Below, piece by piece: positions 10,707 to 21,229 of a stretch of DNA of 64,000 bases (position 1 is its first letter; each line of letters begins with the position of its first letter). Location: contig CAXXHB010000003.1 in NCBI GenBank assembly GCA_963664815.2, positions 1,472,001 to 1,536,000 of the forward strand, written 5' to 3'. The translations under genes were made by a program, and so were the position numbers. The notes beneath the pieces are model-generated. The model was given only the letters and a program-made list of their open reading frames with translations, had not been told where the DNA came from and searched no databases. The DNA comes from Spirochaetota bacterium (GTDB lineage Bacteria; Spirochaetota; UBA4802; UBA5550).

Positions 10707-11459
10707 GTGGACAAAATGGAAAATATATCTGTAAGCGCAAAAAAAATAAAGGATATGCTGGGGATGGAATTTTTCCCTGTGGGTCTTTACTATAGTAAGG
10801 AGAGGCCTGAAGATTCTCTGTTTTTTAAAGAAAAGGGTAAAGGGTGTATAATGCCGCTGATATTCTCCGCGGCAAAGGGTAAAACAGTATCAGTTGATGC
10901 AGATTCAACCGGGTGGAACTGTTCGGCTTTTTATTTCGGATATGCTGACTGGATTTTTGAAGGTATTGAATATTATCTTTCAGATGGGCTTGAAGGGCGT
11001 GAGTGTGAGAGGTTTGTGAAAGAACCCTCTGAAGTTAAAAAATACCTTGAAACATTGCGGTTCAGTGAAAGGGTAAGAGCGGTAACAGTGTTGAAACCTC
11101 TTGAGAATTTCACAGCCGGTGAAAAACCTGAGGTTGTTATCTTTTTTGTAAACGCGGATCAGCTGAGCGCCCTTACTTTTCTTGTATACTATAATTCACC
11201 GCTGAGCGATGACAGGGTAATAACACGTTTCGTATCAGCCTGCGGAGCGGCGGTGACTCTGCCTCTTAAGTACCGTTCTGAAAATAAGCTTAAAGCTGTA
11301 ACCGGGTTAAATGATATCTCTGCAAGGTTAAGACTTCCCAAAGAGCTTATGACCTTTTCAATGCCGGTGGAACTTTATGAAGAGATATTCGGTTATGCCG
11401 AAGAAAGTTTTCTTGGTACATCACAGTGGAAAAGGATTCTGGAGAGGAATATGAAATAG
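10707..11459 (+). CDS. DUF169 family protein
   Basis: GCIM..AAKGK, PEVVIFFVNADQLSAL, SACGA, D.SAR. Confidence 0.8.
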   Translation: MDKMENISVSAKKIKDMLGMEFFPVGLYYSKERPEDSLFFKEKGKGCIMPLIFSAAKGKTVSVDADSTGWNCSAFYFGYADWIFEGIEYYLSDGLEGRECERFVKEPSEVKKYLETLRFSERVRAVTVLKPLENFTAGEKPEVVIFFVNADQLSALTFLVYYNSPLSDDRVITRFVSACGAAVTLPLKYRSENKLKAVTGLNDISARLRLPKELMTFSMPVELYEEIFGYAEESFLGTSQWKRILERNMK

Positions 11460-11514
11460 CATATAGCTGAAGAGAATAATCATCTCAGCGGGATTTTTAC
11501 AGATAACTTAAATC

Positions 11515-12903
11515 TCAATCTCCCTGAATAACAAATTTAAGAATAATTTTAGTCCCTTCACCGCGTTCAATCTTTATATTCCCGTCTATCTGTTCAGTGA
11601 GAATACTTACAAGCTGCATGCCAAAACCGGTTGAATTTTTAAAATCAATGAATTCAGGCATACCTATGCCATTGTCCTGTATTACCAGGAGAACATGTTT
11701 ATCCTCTGAATATGCAGATATGGAAATAACTCCATTGTCCATCCCGTTAAAAGCATATTTCATTATATTGGTTAACAGTTCGTTGATTATCATTCCAAGA
11801 GGCTGCAGTCTTTTTATCTGCAATGGAAAATTCTCGATCTTTTTTTCTACATGAACAGATTTACTGTTGGGAAAATTGGCTATGATCTCATCAATCAATG
11901 TAGAAAGGTAATCGTTAAGCGGCATATAACTGAAACTCTCCGACTGGTAGAGTCTGTCGTAAAGAATCATCATGCTCTGAACACGGTTACCGGCGTTATT
12001 GAGAGCCTTAATGGCAGAATATTCTTCCAGAGTATCGGCCTGTATAGCCAGAAGGCTTATTATTGTATTAAGATTGTTTTTTATGCGGTGATGAACCTCT
12101 TTTAGTAACAGTTCTTTGTCTGCCAGCAGCTGATTTATTTTATTTTCATATATTTTACGGTTTGTAATATCTTCTTTAACCGCTATAAAGTTAGTAATTT
12201 CCCCTTTATCATTTGTAATCGGAGAGATTATCGCAGCTTCCCAGTACAGTTCTCCATTTTTCTTTTTATTATGAAAAGTACCCCTCCATACTTTTCCCGA
12301 TGTAATTGTATCCCATAACTGTCTATATACCGCGCCTGAAGTTTCACCGGATTTTAAAATGCGCGGGTTCTGGCCTTTGACCTCCTCCGGAGAATAACCG
12401 GTCAGTGCAGAAAACGTCGGATTTACATATTCAATAGAACCATCTGATCCTGTAATGACAATACTTACAGGACTTTGATTAACAGCTACAGAAAACTTTT
12501 GCAGCTCATTTTCGGCTGTTTTACGTTCAGTGATATCGGTTGAGATTCCAATAACGCCAACAATCTCTCCATTTTCGTCAATGAAAGGAATTTTATTGGT
12601 ATTAACCCATCTTCTTCCGCCAGGGGTATCCCATTGTTCTTCAATATCGAGTTTTGGAACACCGGAATTTATAACATCCAGATCATCCTGATAATATTTA
12701 TCTGCTTCATCCCGTGGATAAAATTCATAAATACTTTTACCTTCAAAAAAAGATTTGTCCATCTTATTTATCTGAGCAAAATATTTATTAACGCGGATGA
12801 AATTATTATTTTTGTCTTTATAAAAAATCAGAGCCGGCAGATTATCAAGTATCGATTCAAGTTCACGACTTAACTTATTATACTTTTTTTCTGTTTTCAT
12901 CAA
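11515..12903 (-). CDS. Cytoplasmic PAS-PAS sensor histidine kinase (HisKA_2/HWE-like)
   Basis: LLKEVHHRIKNNL, NELLTNIMKYAF, DNGIG, GFGM; two PAS/PAC domains. Confidence 0.92.
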   Translation of the reverse strand: MMKTEKKYNKLSRELESILDNLPALIFYKDKNNNFIRVNKYFAQINKMDKSFFEGKSIYEFYPRDEADKYYQDDLDVINSGVPKLDIEEQWDTPGGRRWVNTNKIPFIDENGEIVGVIGISTDITERKTAENELQKFSVAVNQSPVSIVITGSDGSIEYVNPTFSALTGYSPEEVKGQNPRILKSGETSGAVYRQLWDTITSGKVWRGTFHNKKKNGELYWEAAIISPITNDKGEITNFIAVKEDITNRKIYENKINQLLADKELLLKEVHHRIKNNLNTIISLLAIQADTLEEYSAIKALNNAGNRVQSMMILYDRLYQSESFSYMPLNDYLSTLIDEIIANFPNSKSVHVEKKIENFPLQIKRLQPLGMIINELLTNIMKYAFNGMDNGVISISAYSEDKHVLLVIQDNGIGMPEFIDFKNSTGFGMQLVSILTEQIDGNIKIERGEGTKIILKFVIQGD

Positions 12904-13089
12904 AATTATTCTTTATTATTCATTATTTTTCTTTATTATTCTCTAAACATTTAAAAATTAAAATATCAGATTATCCAAATCACTTTTCCCGGTGGAAATT
13001 TGTCAAGAAACTTCTTTTCCTGCTCTGTCAGATTCTGCCGGCAATGCTGTATCTTCGGGCATGGGGATGATGAAAATCATTTTTAATAA

Positions 13090-14544
13090 TCATTTATCCG
13101 GAACAAAATTTGTATGAAGATATTCTATCAGCTGATATTTATTTTTTATATCAAGTTTTGAGTAAATACCGGAGAGCCTTTTTTTGACGGTGATTTCAGC
13201 TATTCCCAGGCGAGCTGCTATCTGGTTGTTGGGCATACCCGACTCAATAAGTTTTAAAATATTTCTGTCTATGGAATCGAATTCAATATTACCACGTTTT
13301 ATTGACTGATTATATACATTTGTTTCAAGCAGAAGTTCGCTCAGCTCATCCATTTCACGCGTTATGCTTTCAATCTGGTTCTGAAGACGAACCTGTTTTA
13401 TTTCCAGTTTTTTTTCAAAGGAGATATCTGACACAAAGAATATAATTTTATAGTTTTCATTAAGCGGTTTTTCCAGTTTTAAAATAATAGTTTTCGATGT
13501 AAAAGAACCTGTTTCTGCTTTAGCAAATTCAATCTCGACAGGGATATAGTTTTTATTATCCAGGCTGTTATCTGACAGCAGATTTTTCCGGGATGACTGA
13601 TACTGCAGGAGTGTGATATTTTTCCCTTCCAGATCGGTCGATGTAAATCCGCTCATAGTTTCAAAGGTTTTATTTGTAAGACTGATAATTCCCTGTGAAT
13701 CTGTAACTATTACACCAATGGGGACGGTTTGAACAATACTGTCCAGAATCTCTTTTATGGTCGTTAGTGATTCACGCTGCTCAATCAGTTCAGATATATC
13801 TCTGCCCGACATCAGAGCCATATTAATGCTTCCGTCTTCAGCAGATATGGGTGAGGCGCTTACGCTGTAGGTGCTGATTTTACCATTTGAATTTTCAAGA
13901 GAGACCTCTTTCCTGTCTATTTTACCTGATGTAAAAGCGTTTTTAAGGAGGCCTGATTTATTATTAAACTCCTCATGCATGAAATTTTTAAAAGCGGCCA
14001 GCAGATTATTTTCTCTAAAAGTATTATTAAAAGATTCATTTGTGAAAAGTATATCTGAGTTACTGTTGGCAACAATTACCCAGTCTGTCATGGAACTGAG
14101 AATTGTATTGTAAAATTCTTTAAGTTCTTTCAGCATAATCTGATTTTTTTTCATTTCACGAAGCATGGCAATTTTCTGATCGGCGAGCATTATCGCATAT
14201 TTTATTTCACTCTCCCGGAATGGTTTTATAATGTAGCCGAAGGGATTTTCACTAATGGCCTGGTCTGCAAATTCAGGCTGAATATTGGATGTAATAAAAA
14301 TAACCGGGGTATCTGAAAATGCTCTTACAGCCCCTGCTGCGGTTATTCCGTCAATGTCGTCATCGAGCAATATATCCATAAGAATGATATCGGGCATATA
14401 ATGCTTTACGGCATCAACGACTTTCCTTCCTTTTGATATCGTAGCAACAGGTTCAAATCCCATTCTTTGCAGAAGCTGGGAAAGATTCCTGGCAATAATA
14501 GCTTCATCCTCAACTATCAGTACTTTTTTAATATTTCTATCCAT
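13090..14544 (-). CDS. Response regulator REC-PAS-PAS-LuxR HTH
   Basis: LIVEDE, LMDI, YIIKPF; C-terminal GMPNNQIAARLGIAEITVKKRLSGIYSKL. Confidence 0.9.
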   Translation of the reverse strand: MDRNIKKVLIVEDEAIIARNLSQLLQRMGFEPVATISKGRKVVDAVKHYMPDIILMDILLDDDIDGITAAGAVRAFSDTPVIFITSNIQPEFADQAISENPFGYIIKPFRESEIKYAIMLADQKIAMLREMKKNQIMLKELKEFYNTILSSMTDWVIVANSNSDILFTNESFNNTFRENNLLAAFKNFMHEEFNNKSGLLKNAFTSGKIDRKEVSLENSNGKISTYSVSASPISAEDGSINMALMSGRDISELIEQRESLTTIKEILDSIVQTVPIGVIVTDSQGIISLTNKTFETMSGFTSTDLEGKNITLLQYQSSRKNLLSDNSLDNKNYIPVEIEFAKAETGSFTSKTIILKLEKPLNENYKIIFFVSDISFEKKLEIKQVRLQNQIESITREMDELSELLLETNVYNQSIKRGNIEFDSIDRNILKLIESGMPNNQIAARLGIAEITVKKRLSGIYSKLDIKNKYQLIEYLHTNFVPDK

Positions 14545-14585
14545 TTTAGTATTTCTATCCTTTTTAGTATTTCTATCTTTTCATC
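14532..14585. repeat. Three tandem 18-bp repeats spanning the RBS and start codon of the LuxR regulator
   Basis: tatttctatccattttag / tatttctatcctttttag / tatttctatcttttcatc. Confidence 0.8.
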
Positions 14586-14746
14586 AAGCCTGTAACATTT
14601 CAGGTATCAGTAATTAATTGTAATCTTAATAAATCAGGATTTATATAGTCAGTAACAACCCCCGTGTAATAAATCCGGATTCTTTGGCTTCACTAAATAA
14701 GATAACTATCATCATCTATATTTCAAAAAGCCTGAAAAATTGTCAA

Positions 14747-14780
14747 TATACTAAAGTATAATAATGTATACCGATGGTAT
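14747..14780. promoter_or_regulatory. Two palindromic candidate regulator sites in the divergent promoter region
   Basis: TATACT-aa-AGTATA (14747-14760) and ATACC-gat-GGTAT (14768-14780), centres about 20-21 bp apart. Confidence 0.45.
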
Positions 14781-14859
14781 TGGTATTTTTTATAGTAAAA
14801 AAAATACCGGATAATATTCTGTCAGATAATGGTCAATTTGTATGCTAAGGAGAATTTAA

Positions 14860-15594
14860 ATGAAAAAGATATGTTTATCAGCAATATTAATGATGGCAAT
14901 GCTGATGCCGGTGTTTTCAATTGGACTTGATGACCTTCAGATAAAAAAGCTGACAATTGACAGATTTAAATACTTCCCTGTAACCCCGGATAACATCAAC
15001 TATATATTTTTGCAGTCTATTGATGGTGACACGGTGATTATAATCGGTGATTTTTCCGGCGTGGAGAAAAAGATAATAATGGTTATTGATAAAAACAGTG
15101 ATAACACTATCGATTCAGTAGTTGAATATTTTCCAAACACAAAAGATCTCAAATTCAGATCTGATTCAACATCCAAATTTTTTACTAAAGATCTTGTTAA
15201 ACTGAAAAAGGATATCATTGAAGGGGCTATTTATAAAGGGAACTATACTGACAGCATGAAGTCGCTCAACACTCTTGAAAGTATTTTAAAAGATCCTGAT
15301 ACACATACGTTATTTGCCGATGTATACGGATTTAGTGTTAAATATTTTGATGCTGATGAGATGAAAAAAAATTCTGCCCTGTTCAGGTATGGTAAAGCAT
15401 CGGGAGGGTATTATCTTGAGTTCAGAACTGAGTATTACAGAAAAGATCATGAGACTAAACAAAAACCTGTATTAAGCTACTCTGTCTTCTGCAGAGACAG
15501 TAGTGATCCCGTTGTGAAAGAGACTGTTGAAAATCTCTTTAAAATAAGACAACCCGGGGTAAATTCCGCTAAAGGTACAAAATATTCAGACTGA
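14860..15594 (+). CDS. Secreted hypothetical protein
   Basis: Signal peptide; DKNSDNTID Ca-binding-like motif; AGGAG RBS. Confidence 0.75.
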   Translation: MKKICLSAILMMAMLMPVFSIGLDDLQIKKLTIDRFKYFPVTPDNINYIFLQSIDGDTVIIIGDFSGVEKKIIMVIDKNSDNTIDSVVEYFPNTKDLKFRSDSTSKFFTKDLVKLKKDIIEGAIYKGNYTDSMKSLNTLESILKDPDTHTLFADVYGFSVKYFDADEMKKNSALFRYGKASGGYYLEFRTEYYRKDHETKQKPVLSYSVFCRDSSDPVVKETVENLFKIRQPGVNSAKGTKYSD

Positions 15595-15621
15595 GAGATT
15601 AAACCTGTTCCGGAATAAATC

Positions 15622-17061
15622 ATGAATAAAAATATAGAATCAGAAAATAAAAATTTAGTCAGAATAAATCATGAAGAGATGCGTATACTTCTGCCGCAGA
15701 TAATGGAAAGCAACATCCCTCTTATGCGTAAAAAAAAAGATGGTACTTTTACATATATCCCCCCGGAGGATTTTGATAAATATTTTAAAAATACGGTCAC
15801 AGATCTTTATATAAACGAAGAGATTTATGATCGCAATAAGGATATAATAATAAATTTCAATACACAGGCTGTTGAGGACACATTATCGCATAGTACAGAA
15901 AAAACCGTGATTTTAAAAAAAACTGATACTGCATTCAGTACCGGGCTTGCAGAAGCGGGCGAAATGGATATGATGGAGAGGCTTCAAAGTACAATCAACA
16001 GCAATTATCAGATAAAATCTCTTGTTGATAAAAAAAGCCGGTTTGACAACGAAACAGCTTCACAGATATCAAATGCATTTTCCCGTATTTTGTGCATGAG
16101 TAAGGTAACTCTTGAGGAGAATATAGTCAAACCGATCTCTGAAGATCAGATGATACGGCTTGTAAATGAAATTGAGTTTGCAATGGATAACCTCGTCACT
16201 CTTTTATCAAATGGAGAATCGAGCTTTGCCGATCTTGCAAGGCTGGAATTTATACAGACAGGTTCAAATACCCTTAATCATATGAATAGAATGCTCATAC
16301 GTATGGTTTCATTCCTGACTTTTTACAATGAATATTTTACTGAATATTCAAATGATATAAAGAGGATCAGGGCCCATTTCAAAGAAAGATTCCACAAATA
16401 TTATACCAGGCTCTTTGCAGATTCCCAGAATATAAATCTTGAGATTGTATTTAAGGGGGGGATCGCACCGGTAAGAGAAAGAAAAATATTTCTGGAATAT
16501 ACTCTTGGCGGTTTTTTTCATGATATTGGTAAAATACCGGAGATAGAATATCATGACAGCGATGAGGGATTTGTGCCGGTAAAAGCCCGGAGGCATGTTT
16601 TTGACAGTTACAATATGCTGCTCAATTCCGGCAGGTTTACTACGGGGACAGTTGCAATGGGCCTTCTTCACCACGACTATTATAATGCGTCATACGGTTA
16701 CAGGCAGAGAGAAACACTTATAAAAAAATTCGACAAAAGAAAAACCGAGAGAAGTGATTCATTAAGAACGAAATTCTGTATGTCACATAACATCATGGAT
16801 GTGGCATATGGCGCCTCTCTTTCCTATTTCCCCGCCAAAATACTTGAGATACTTGATATATATGATGCTATGACCGATCCGGATAAAAGTTACAGGGCAG
16901 GCTGTTTAAAGCCGGAAGAGGCGCTTATGGAGATGAAACAGAAGTATATTACAAACGGGCAGCCGGGTATTGATCCGATTCTGTTTAATATTTTTATCGA
17001 TTTTTTGAAAGCCGGCAGAGTAGTGACTGACAGTGGTGCAACAGATTCGATAAAACTTTGA
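15622..17061 (+). CDS. HD-GYP-like metal-dependent phosphohydrolase (GYP replaced by GYR)
   Basis: NHMNR, FFHDIGK, LLHHDYY, YGYR, DIYDAMT..KSYR, IDP. Confidence 0.8.
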   Translation: MNKNIESENKNLVRINHEEMRILLPQIMESNIPLMRKKKDGTFTYIPPEDFDKYFKNTVTDLYINEEIYDRNKDIIINFNTQAVEDTLSHSTEKTVILKKTDTAFSTGLAEAGEMDMMERLQSTINSNYQIKSLVDKKSRFDNETASQISNAFSRILCMSKVTLEENIVKPISEDQMIRLVNEIEFAMDNLVTLLSNGESSFADLARLEFIQTGSNTLNHMNRMLIRMVSFLTFYNEYFTEYSNDIKRIRAHFKERFHKYYTRLFADSQNINLEIVFKGGIAPVRERKIFLEYTLGGFFHDIGKIPEIEYHDSDEGFVPVKARRHVFDSYNMLLNSGRFTTGTVAMGLLHHDYYNASYGYRQRETLIKKFDKRKTERSDSLRTKFCMSHNIMDVAYGASLSYFPAKILEILDIYDAMTDPDKSYRAGCLKPEEALMEMKQKYITNGQPGIDPILFNIFIDFLKAGRVVTDSGATDSIKL

Positions 17062-17292
17062 TAAGCTGAATTTCTGTAAAATATAGATAAATAGAACTGA
17101 ATGAAATCCGTATTTCAGACAGGTGCCGGGTAAAAAGTATGGTGAATTCAAAACAAACATAATCGCAGAATGTGTTATACGCGATTTTCCGGAATCAGAT
17201 GATTCAGTATTTACAGAAGAATCTGTTAATAAAAAAACAATATGGATATAATTGCCGGCTGATCGGTCATTATATATAGTTTTCAGGAGAAT

Positions 17293-18174
17293 ATGAATAT
17301 GAGGAAATGGTTAATCGTATCAGTTATGATACTGTTTGTAAGTTCTGTTGCCATGGCGGATGTTATAATGCTGTTTGATGGCAGTATATACCTCGGAAAA
17401 ATAACAAGGACAGATTCAAATGGTATAGTAATTGAGTCTTTTGGAAAGTCACTGACAATATCGCAAAGCGATATTTTAAAGAACGAAAAGAACTTTGACA
17501 GTTTTAAAAATGTCACTGCGGATATTATCCTTCGTGATGGATCAATAATCAAAGGTAAAATACAGAATTACGATGAAGAGGTCGGAATATTTGTAAATGT
17601 GGATTTTGGCGCAATCACATTGCCTGTTCAAACAATTAAGGAAATTTCAGATCCTGTTAAAAAAAAGTATTATAATGGTTTACCGGTCATCTTCGGATTT
17701 TCCGGCGGGTATTATATACCGTATGCAGGACTAGCCCCTGATTTTGAAAGCGACTTTAGCTTTTCAGCTTTTGCAGAATTCGATTCAGACTTTGTACGCG
17801 GATTATATATTGGTGGTGAGTTTTCTGCAATTAATATTGATTATAAAGTCGATGATAGTGAGTTTTCAATCTATACGTTCCAGCCATATGCAATTTATAA
17901 ATTCTTGCAGATGAGAAAAAAATCTTCATTAATAAACCGTTTTATTCCGTTCGTTTCTGCAGGGATGGGGGGGGCATATATTATCAGGAAATCTCCACTA
18001 AATACAAAGACTGAAACTGAATTAGATACTGTTTTAAATATTAAGACCGGTTTTGATATAAATATAACAGAGAGATTAGGAACAAGATTTTATACAGGTA
18101 CTGAAACAATATTGCAAAACAGCAGCAAATTCAACCGCGTGTTCTTTAATGCTGGCATAATTTACTCATTTTAA
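17293..18174 (+). CDS. Outer-membrane beta-barrel protein with two N-terminal small beta (Sm/SH3-like) domains
   Basis: Signal peptide; duplicated DVIMLFDGSIYLGKI / DIILRDGSIIKGKI; C-terminal beta-signal GIIYSF. Confidence 0.7.
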   Translation: MNMRKWLIVSVMILFVSSVAMADVIMLFDGSIYLGKITRTDSNGIVIESFGKSLTISQSDILKNEKNFDSFKNVTADIILRDGSIIKGKIQNYDEEVGIFVNVDFGAITLPVQTIKEISDPVKKKYYNGLPVIFGFSGGYYIPYAGLAPDFESDFSFSAFAEFDSDFVRGLYIGGEFSAINIDYKVDDSEFSIYTFQPYAIYKFLQMRKKSSLINRFIPFVSAGMGGAYIIRKSPLNTKTETELDTVLNIKTGFDINITERLGTRFYTGTETILQNSSKFNRVFFNAGIIYSF

Positions 18175-18192
18175 TAAATAGAGAGAAATAAT

Positions 18193-19359
18193 ATGAAGAT
18201 AAAAAATATAATTCTGGTAATATTCTTATTATTTGTTTCATGCGGTGGAGACATACTCGAAGATTCTGAATCCACTGATTCCAACAATATTCTTGCTGTA
18301 AAACTACGCGGTATATGGATGGTAGGAGGATTAACGGGAGCATCCCACACTAATGTTGTCAGTGCTGTTGACATGTATGACCCTGTTACCGATACATGGT
18401 ATCCTTCAATAACAAGACTGCCGACTCCTGTAAGTTTTGCCGGGGCTTGTTCTATAAAAGTTTCGGATTCAGACCACCGTATATATGTCTTTGGCGGCTT
18501 TGATTCTTCCGGAAATGTATTAAGCACAGTACAGTATTATACAATCGAGACAGCGAGCTGGTCTACAGGTGTTTCAATTACAAGCCCGCGGGCAAACATA
18601 AATGCTGTACGGCTTAACAATAAAATTTACATTATGGGTGGCAGCAGTTCAAATGCATCAGCTTCCTATACATCTAATACTACAACTTATGCATATTATC
18701 CGGCAGGAGACTCCTGGACAACAATGACTGTATTTGGAGCCACTGCATCAGAAAGATTTATGCTGGCAAGCGACAGTGTTATTTATAATTTTGCGGGACG
18801 TAATGCCTATGCAACACTGATTCCGGTTACAACAAATCATCTGGGGTTTAATATTTATCAATCCGTACTTGGTGCGGAAACAACGGCAACAGAAACCGTT
18901 TTAACATCAGCCCGCACAGGTATTGCCGGGGACATATATGAAGCGTCTTCCGGAGACGTAATGATAATTGCCGGAGGATTCACTGCATTGACTAAATCTG
19001 CTACTGCAACATCAGTAATAACAAATACAACCAGCAGTACATCAACAAATCTTGTTCAATATCTGGCATATCCATTTATTACTTCCGGTTCTTCCTGGCA
19101 GACCGGAACAGCCACTGGAACGACATTTCCGTCAAGAGGATTTGGATCCTCTGTGGTTTATTATTCATCCTCTCTTAGCCCTAATTACCGGCTTTATAAT
19201 TTCGGCGGGACAGATAATCTTTCATCTGCCAGTGGGTCAATCGGAGCGGGTTGGATAGATCTTCCACAACCACCGGACGCCTGGACTTATACCTGGACAT
19301 CTGTAACCAATATGCCTACAGGGCGGTATGGATTTACTGCGGTAAAAATTCAACAATAA
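18193..19359 (+). CDS. Kelch-repeat beta-propeller lipoprotein
   Basis: Lipobox FVSC; IWMVGG, IYVFGG, IYIMGG, LYNFGG; YDPVTDTW. Confidence 0.88.
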   Translation: MKIKNIILVIFLLFVSCGGDILEDSESTDSNNILAVKLRGIWMVGGLTGASHTNVVSAVDMYDPVTDTWYPSITRLPTPVSFAGACSIKVSDSDHRIYVFGGFDSSGNVLSTVQYYTIETASWSTGVSITSPRANINAVRLNNKIYIMGGSSSNASASYTSNTTTYAYYPAGDSWTTMTVFGATASERFMLASDSVIYNFAGRNAYATLIPVTTNHLGFNIYQSVLGAETTATETVLTSARTGIAGDIYEASSGDVMIIAGGFTALTKSATATSVITNTTSSTSTNLVQYLAYPFITSGSSWQTGTATGTTFPSRGFGSSVVYYSSSLSPNYRLYNFGGTDNLSSASGSIGAGWIDLPQPPDAWTYTWTSVTNMPTGRYGFTAVKIQQ

Positions 19360-19360
19360 T

Positions 19361-21229
19361 ATGGAAGTGACAAGTATGAAAAAAAAACTATTATTTTCGA
19401 TACTGATATTTTACGGGACAATTATTTTTGCCGCGACCCCTGATGAGTCAATCCAGCAGGCAAAAGTAAAGTACGCTGCAGGCAACCCATCTGAAGCTAT
19501 AGCAATTCTTGAAAATGTAGTGAAGGAAAATCCATCCAATCTGCAGGCAAAAAGGATTTTTGCGGATATATGTGTCGATACGGGTGAAAAAGAGTATGAC
19601 AACCGTAATTTCAAAAATGCCTATGAATACTTCAAGAAGGCTGTAAAGGTTCTTCCAACACATCCAATCGCTACTGAACGCTACTGGAAGATGAAAAGTG
19701 ATTTTGATGTAAGTAATCTGAAGAATGAGGGTGGAACATTATCTGTAAAAAACACAGCAGAAAAGGATAATGCTTCAGTAAATAAAACATCAAACAGGGA
19801 CATTACATCAGAAAATAAAGCTGCCTACACGGACACGGCAGCTGAAAAAAATAAAATCGAAACTGAGAAGGATAGAATCGAAGCTGAAAGAAAGAGAATT
19901 GAATCTGAAAGAAAGAGAATTGAAATTGAAAAAAAAGAGATCAGAAGAATTGAATCGAATCCGCGCATAGCAGAGGATATCTACGAGAAAAAAATACTCA
20001 ACATGGAGGAACGTTTTAACAAGCGCCTTCTTGATTTAAATACACAGCAGAAAAAAACAGAGTCTAAAGATAAGGAAAATGAATTTTTATCCGAAATTAC
20101 AGATAACTCTGCATATATGATAACAGCAGTGAGCCTGTTTGTTATTGCAGCAGCAGCTGTTGCAATGTTCCTTATGTTTCTTATTAAGTTTGTCCGAATA
20201 CGGAGTAAGTCAAAAAAAGGGGGCAAAGAGTATGAACGCCTCTTCGCGGATAACAGCGGCCAGTATTACAACGAACTTATTAAAATGCAGAATATTAAAG
20301 AACTGATTAATAAAATTAAATCCGGCGAACTGGACTGGTCAATGATAAAAAAATCGATCAGCGAGATGGACAGGGAACTCAGGCTTGAGGTTTTTTCATA
20401 TATTGAAACAAAGGTTGATCCTGATCGTCAGCCTTTAACAATGGGGCAGGCTGATATTCTTATGGCTCTGGTTCTTGATGGCGATGAATATCTCAGGCGG
20501 CGTGTTTCTTCATTCCTGAGTTCAAGTCTTTCTCATCAGGGTCTGTCCGGTGTTAAGGCATTGCCGAATATGCAGAGAATGATTGCTGATAAAAAAACGG
20601 CAGTACCACTTGCTGATCAGGCAGAAATTACGGCATCTATGGATTTAACCGTTGATATGGATATGGTTGTATCCCTGTCAAAACTTATTGACAGAAAAGT
20701 ATTCAATGACCGTCACGCTCTTCGTGTAGGTGTGGATGCTTACTATATGGCAGGACTTCTTGGCCTTTCACCGGAGGAGTGTAATCTTTTTTATATAGCC
20801 GGCCTGGTTCATGATGTTGGATATCTTGACGTCTCATCACAGGTACTGAACAAAAGGACGTCCCTTACAGAAAAGGAGTATGAAATAATCAGGACTCATA
20901 CTCAACGTGGTATTGAACTGCTTGATTTCATGATAATACACAGCATAGTAAATGATGGTATTCTTTTTCATCACGAAAGATTTTCAGGTGAAGGTTATCC
21001 TGAAGGACTTTCCGGGAAGAGTATTCCTCTTGTTGCAAGGGTAATCGCAATATTTGACATGTACGAAGCGCTGATACTTCCACGCCCGCAGAGACCGGCT
21101 TTTCCTGTTAAAGAAGCTCAGAAAATTATTAAAAAGGGATCCGGCAAAATATTTGATCCTGAGATCGTGAAAATATTCGAGAAAATGGCGAAAGAAAACC
21201 TGTTATCCAGAGAGGATATATGGAAGTAA
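19361..21229 (+). CDS. TPR / coiled-coil / TM / HD-GYP c-di-GMP phosphodiesterase-like protein
   Basis: Signal peptide, TPRs, heptad repeat, TM, RHALRV, HDVG, HHER..GEGYPEGL, DMYEAL..RPQR. Confidence 0.88.
   Translation: MEVTSMKKKLLFSILIFYGTIIFAATPDESIQQAKVKYAAGNPSEAIAILENVVKENPSNLQAKRIFADICVDTGEKEYDNRNFKNAYEYFKKAVKVLPTHPIATERYWKMKSDFDVSNLKNEGGTLSVKNTAEKDNASVNKTSNRDITSENKAAYTDTAAEKNKIETEKDRIEAERKRIESERKRIEIEKKEIRRIESNPRIAEDIYEKKILNMEERFNKRLLDLNTQQKKTESKDKENEFLSEITDNSAYMITAVSLFVIAAAAVAMFLMFLIKFVRIRSKSKKGGKEYERLFADNSGQYYNELIKMQNIKELINKIKSGELDWSMIKKSISEMDRELRLEVFSYIETKVDPDRQPLTMGQADILMALVLDGDEYLRRRVSSFLSSSLSHQGLSGVKALPNMQRMIADKKTAVPLADQAEITASMDLTVDMDMVVSLSKLIDRKVFNDRHALRVGVDAYYMAGLLGLSPEECNLFYIAGLVHDVGYLDVSSQVLNKRTSLTEKEYEIIRTHTQRGIELLDFMIIHSIVNDGILFHHERFSGEGYPEGLSGKSIPLVARVIAIFDMYEALILPRPQRPAFPVKEAQKIIKKGSGKIFDPEIVKIFEKMAKENLLSREDIWK
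19855..19956 (+). repeat. 21-bp coding tandem repeat encoding a charged heptad coiled coil
   Basis: IETEKDR-IEAERKR-IESERKR-IEIEKKE; gaaagaaagagaattgaa duplicated. Confidence 0.75.
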
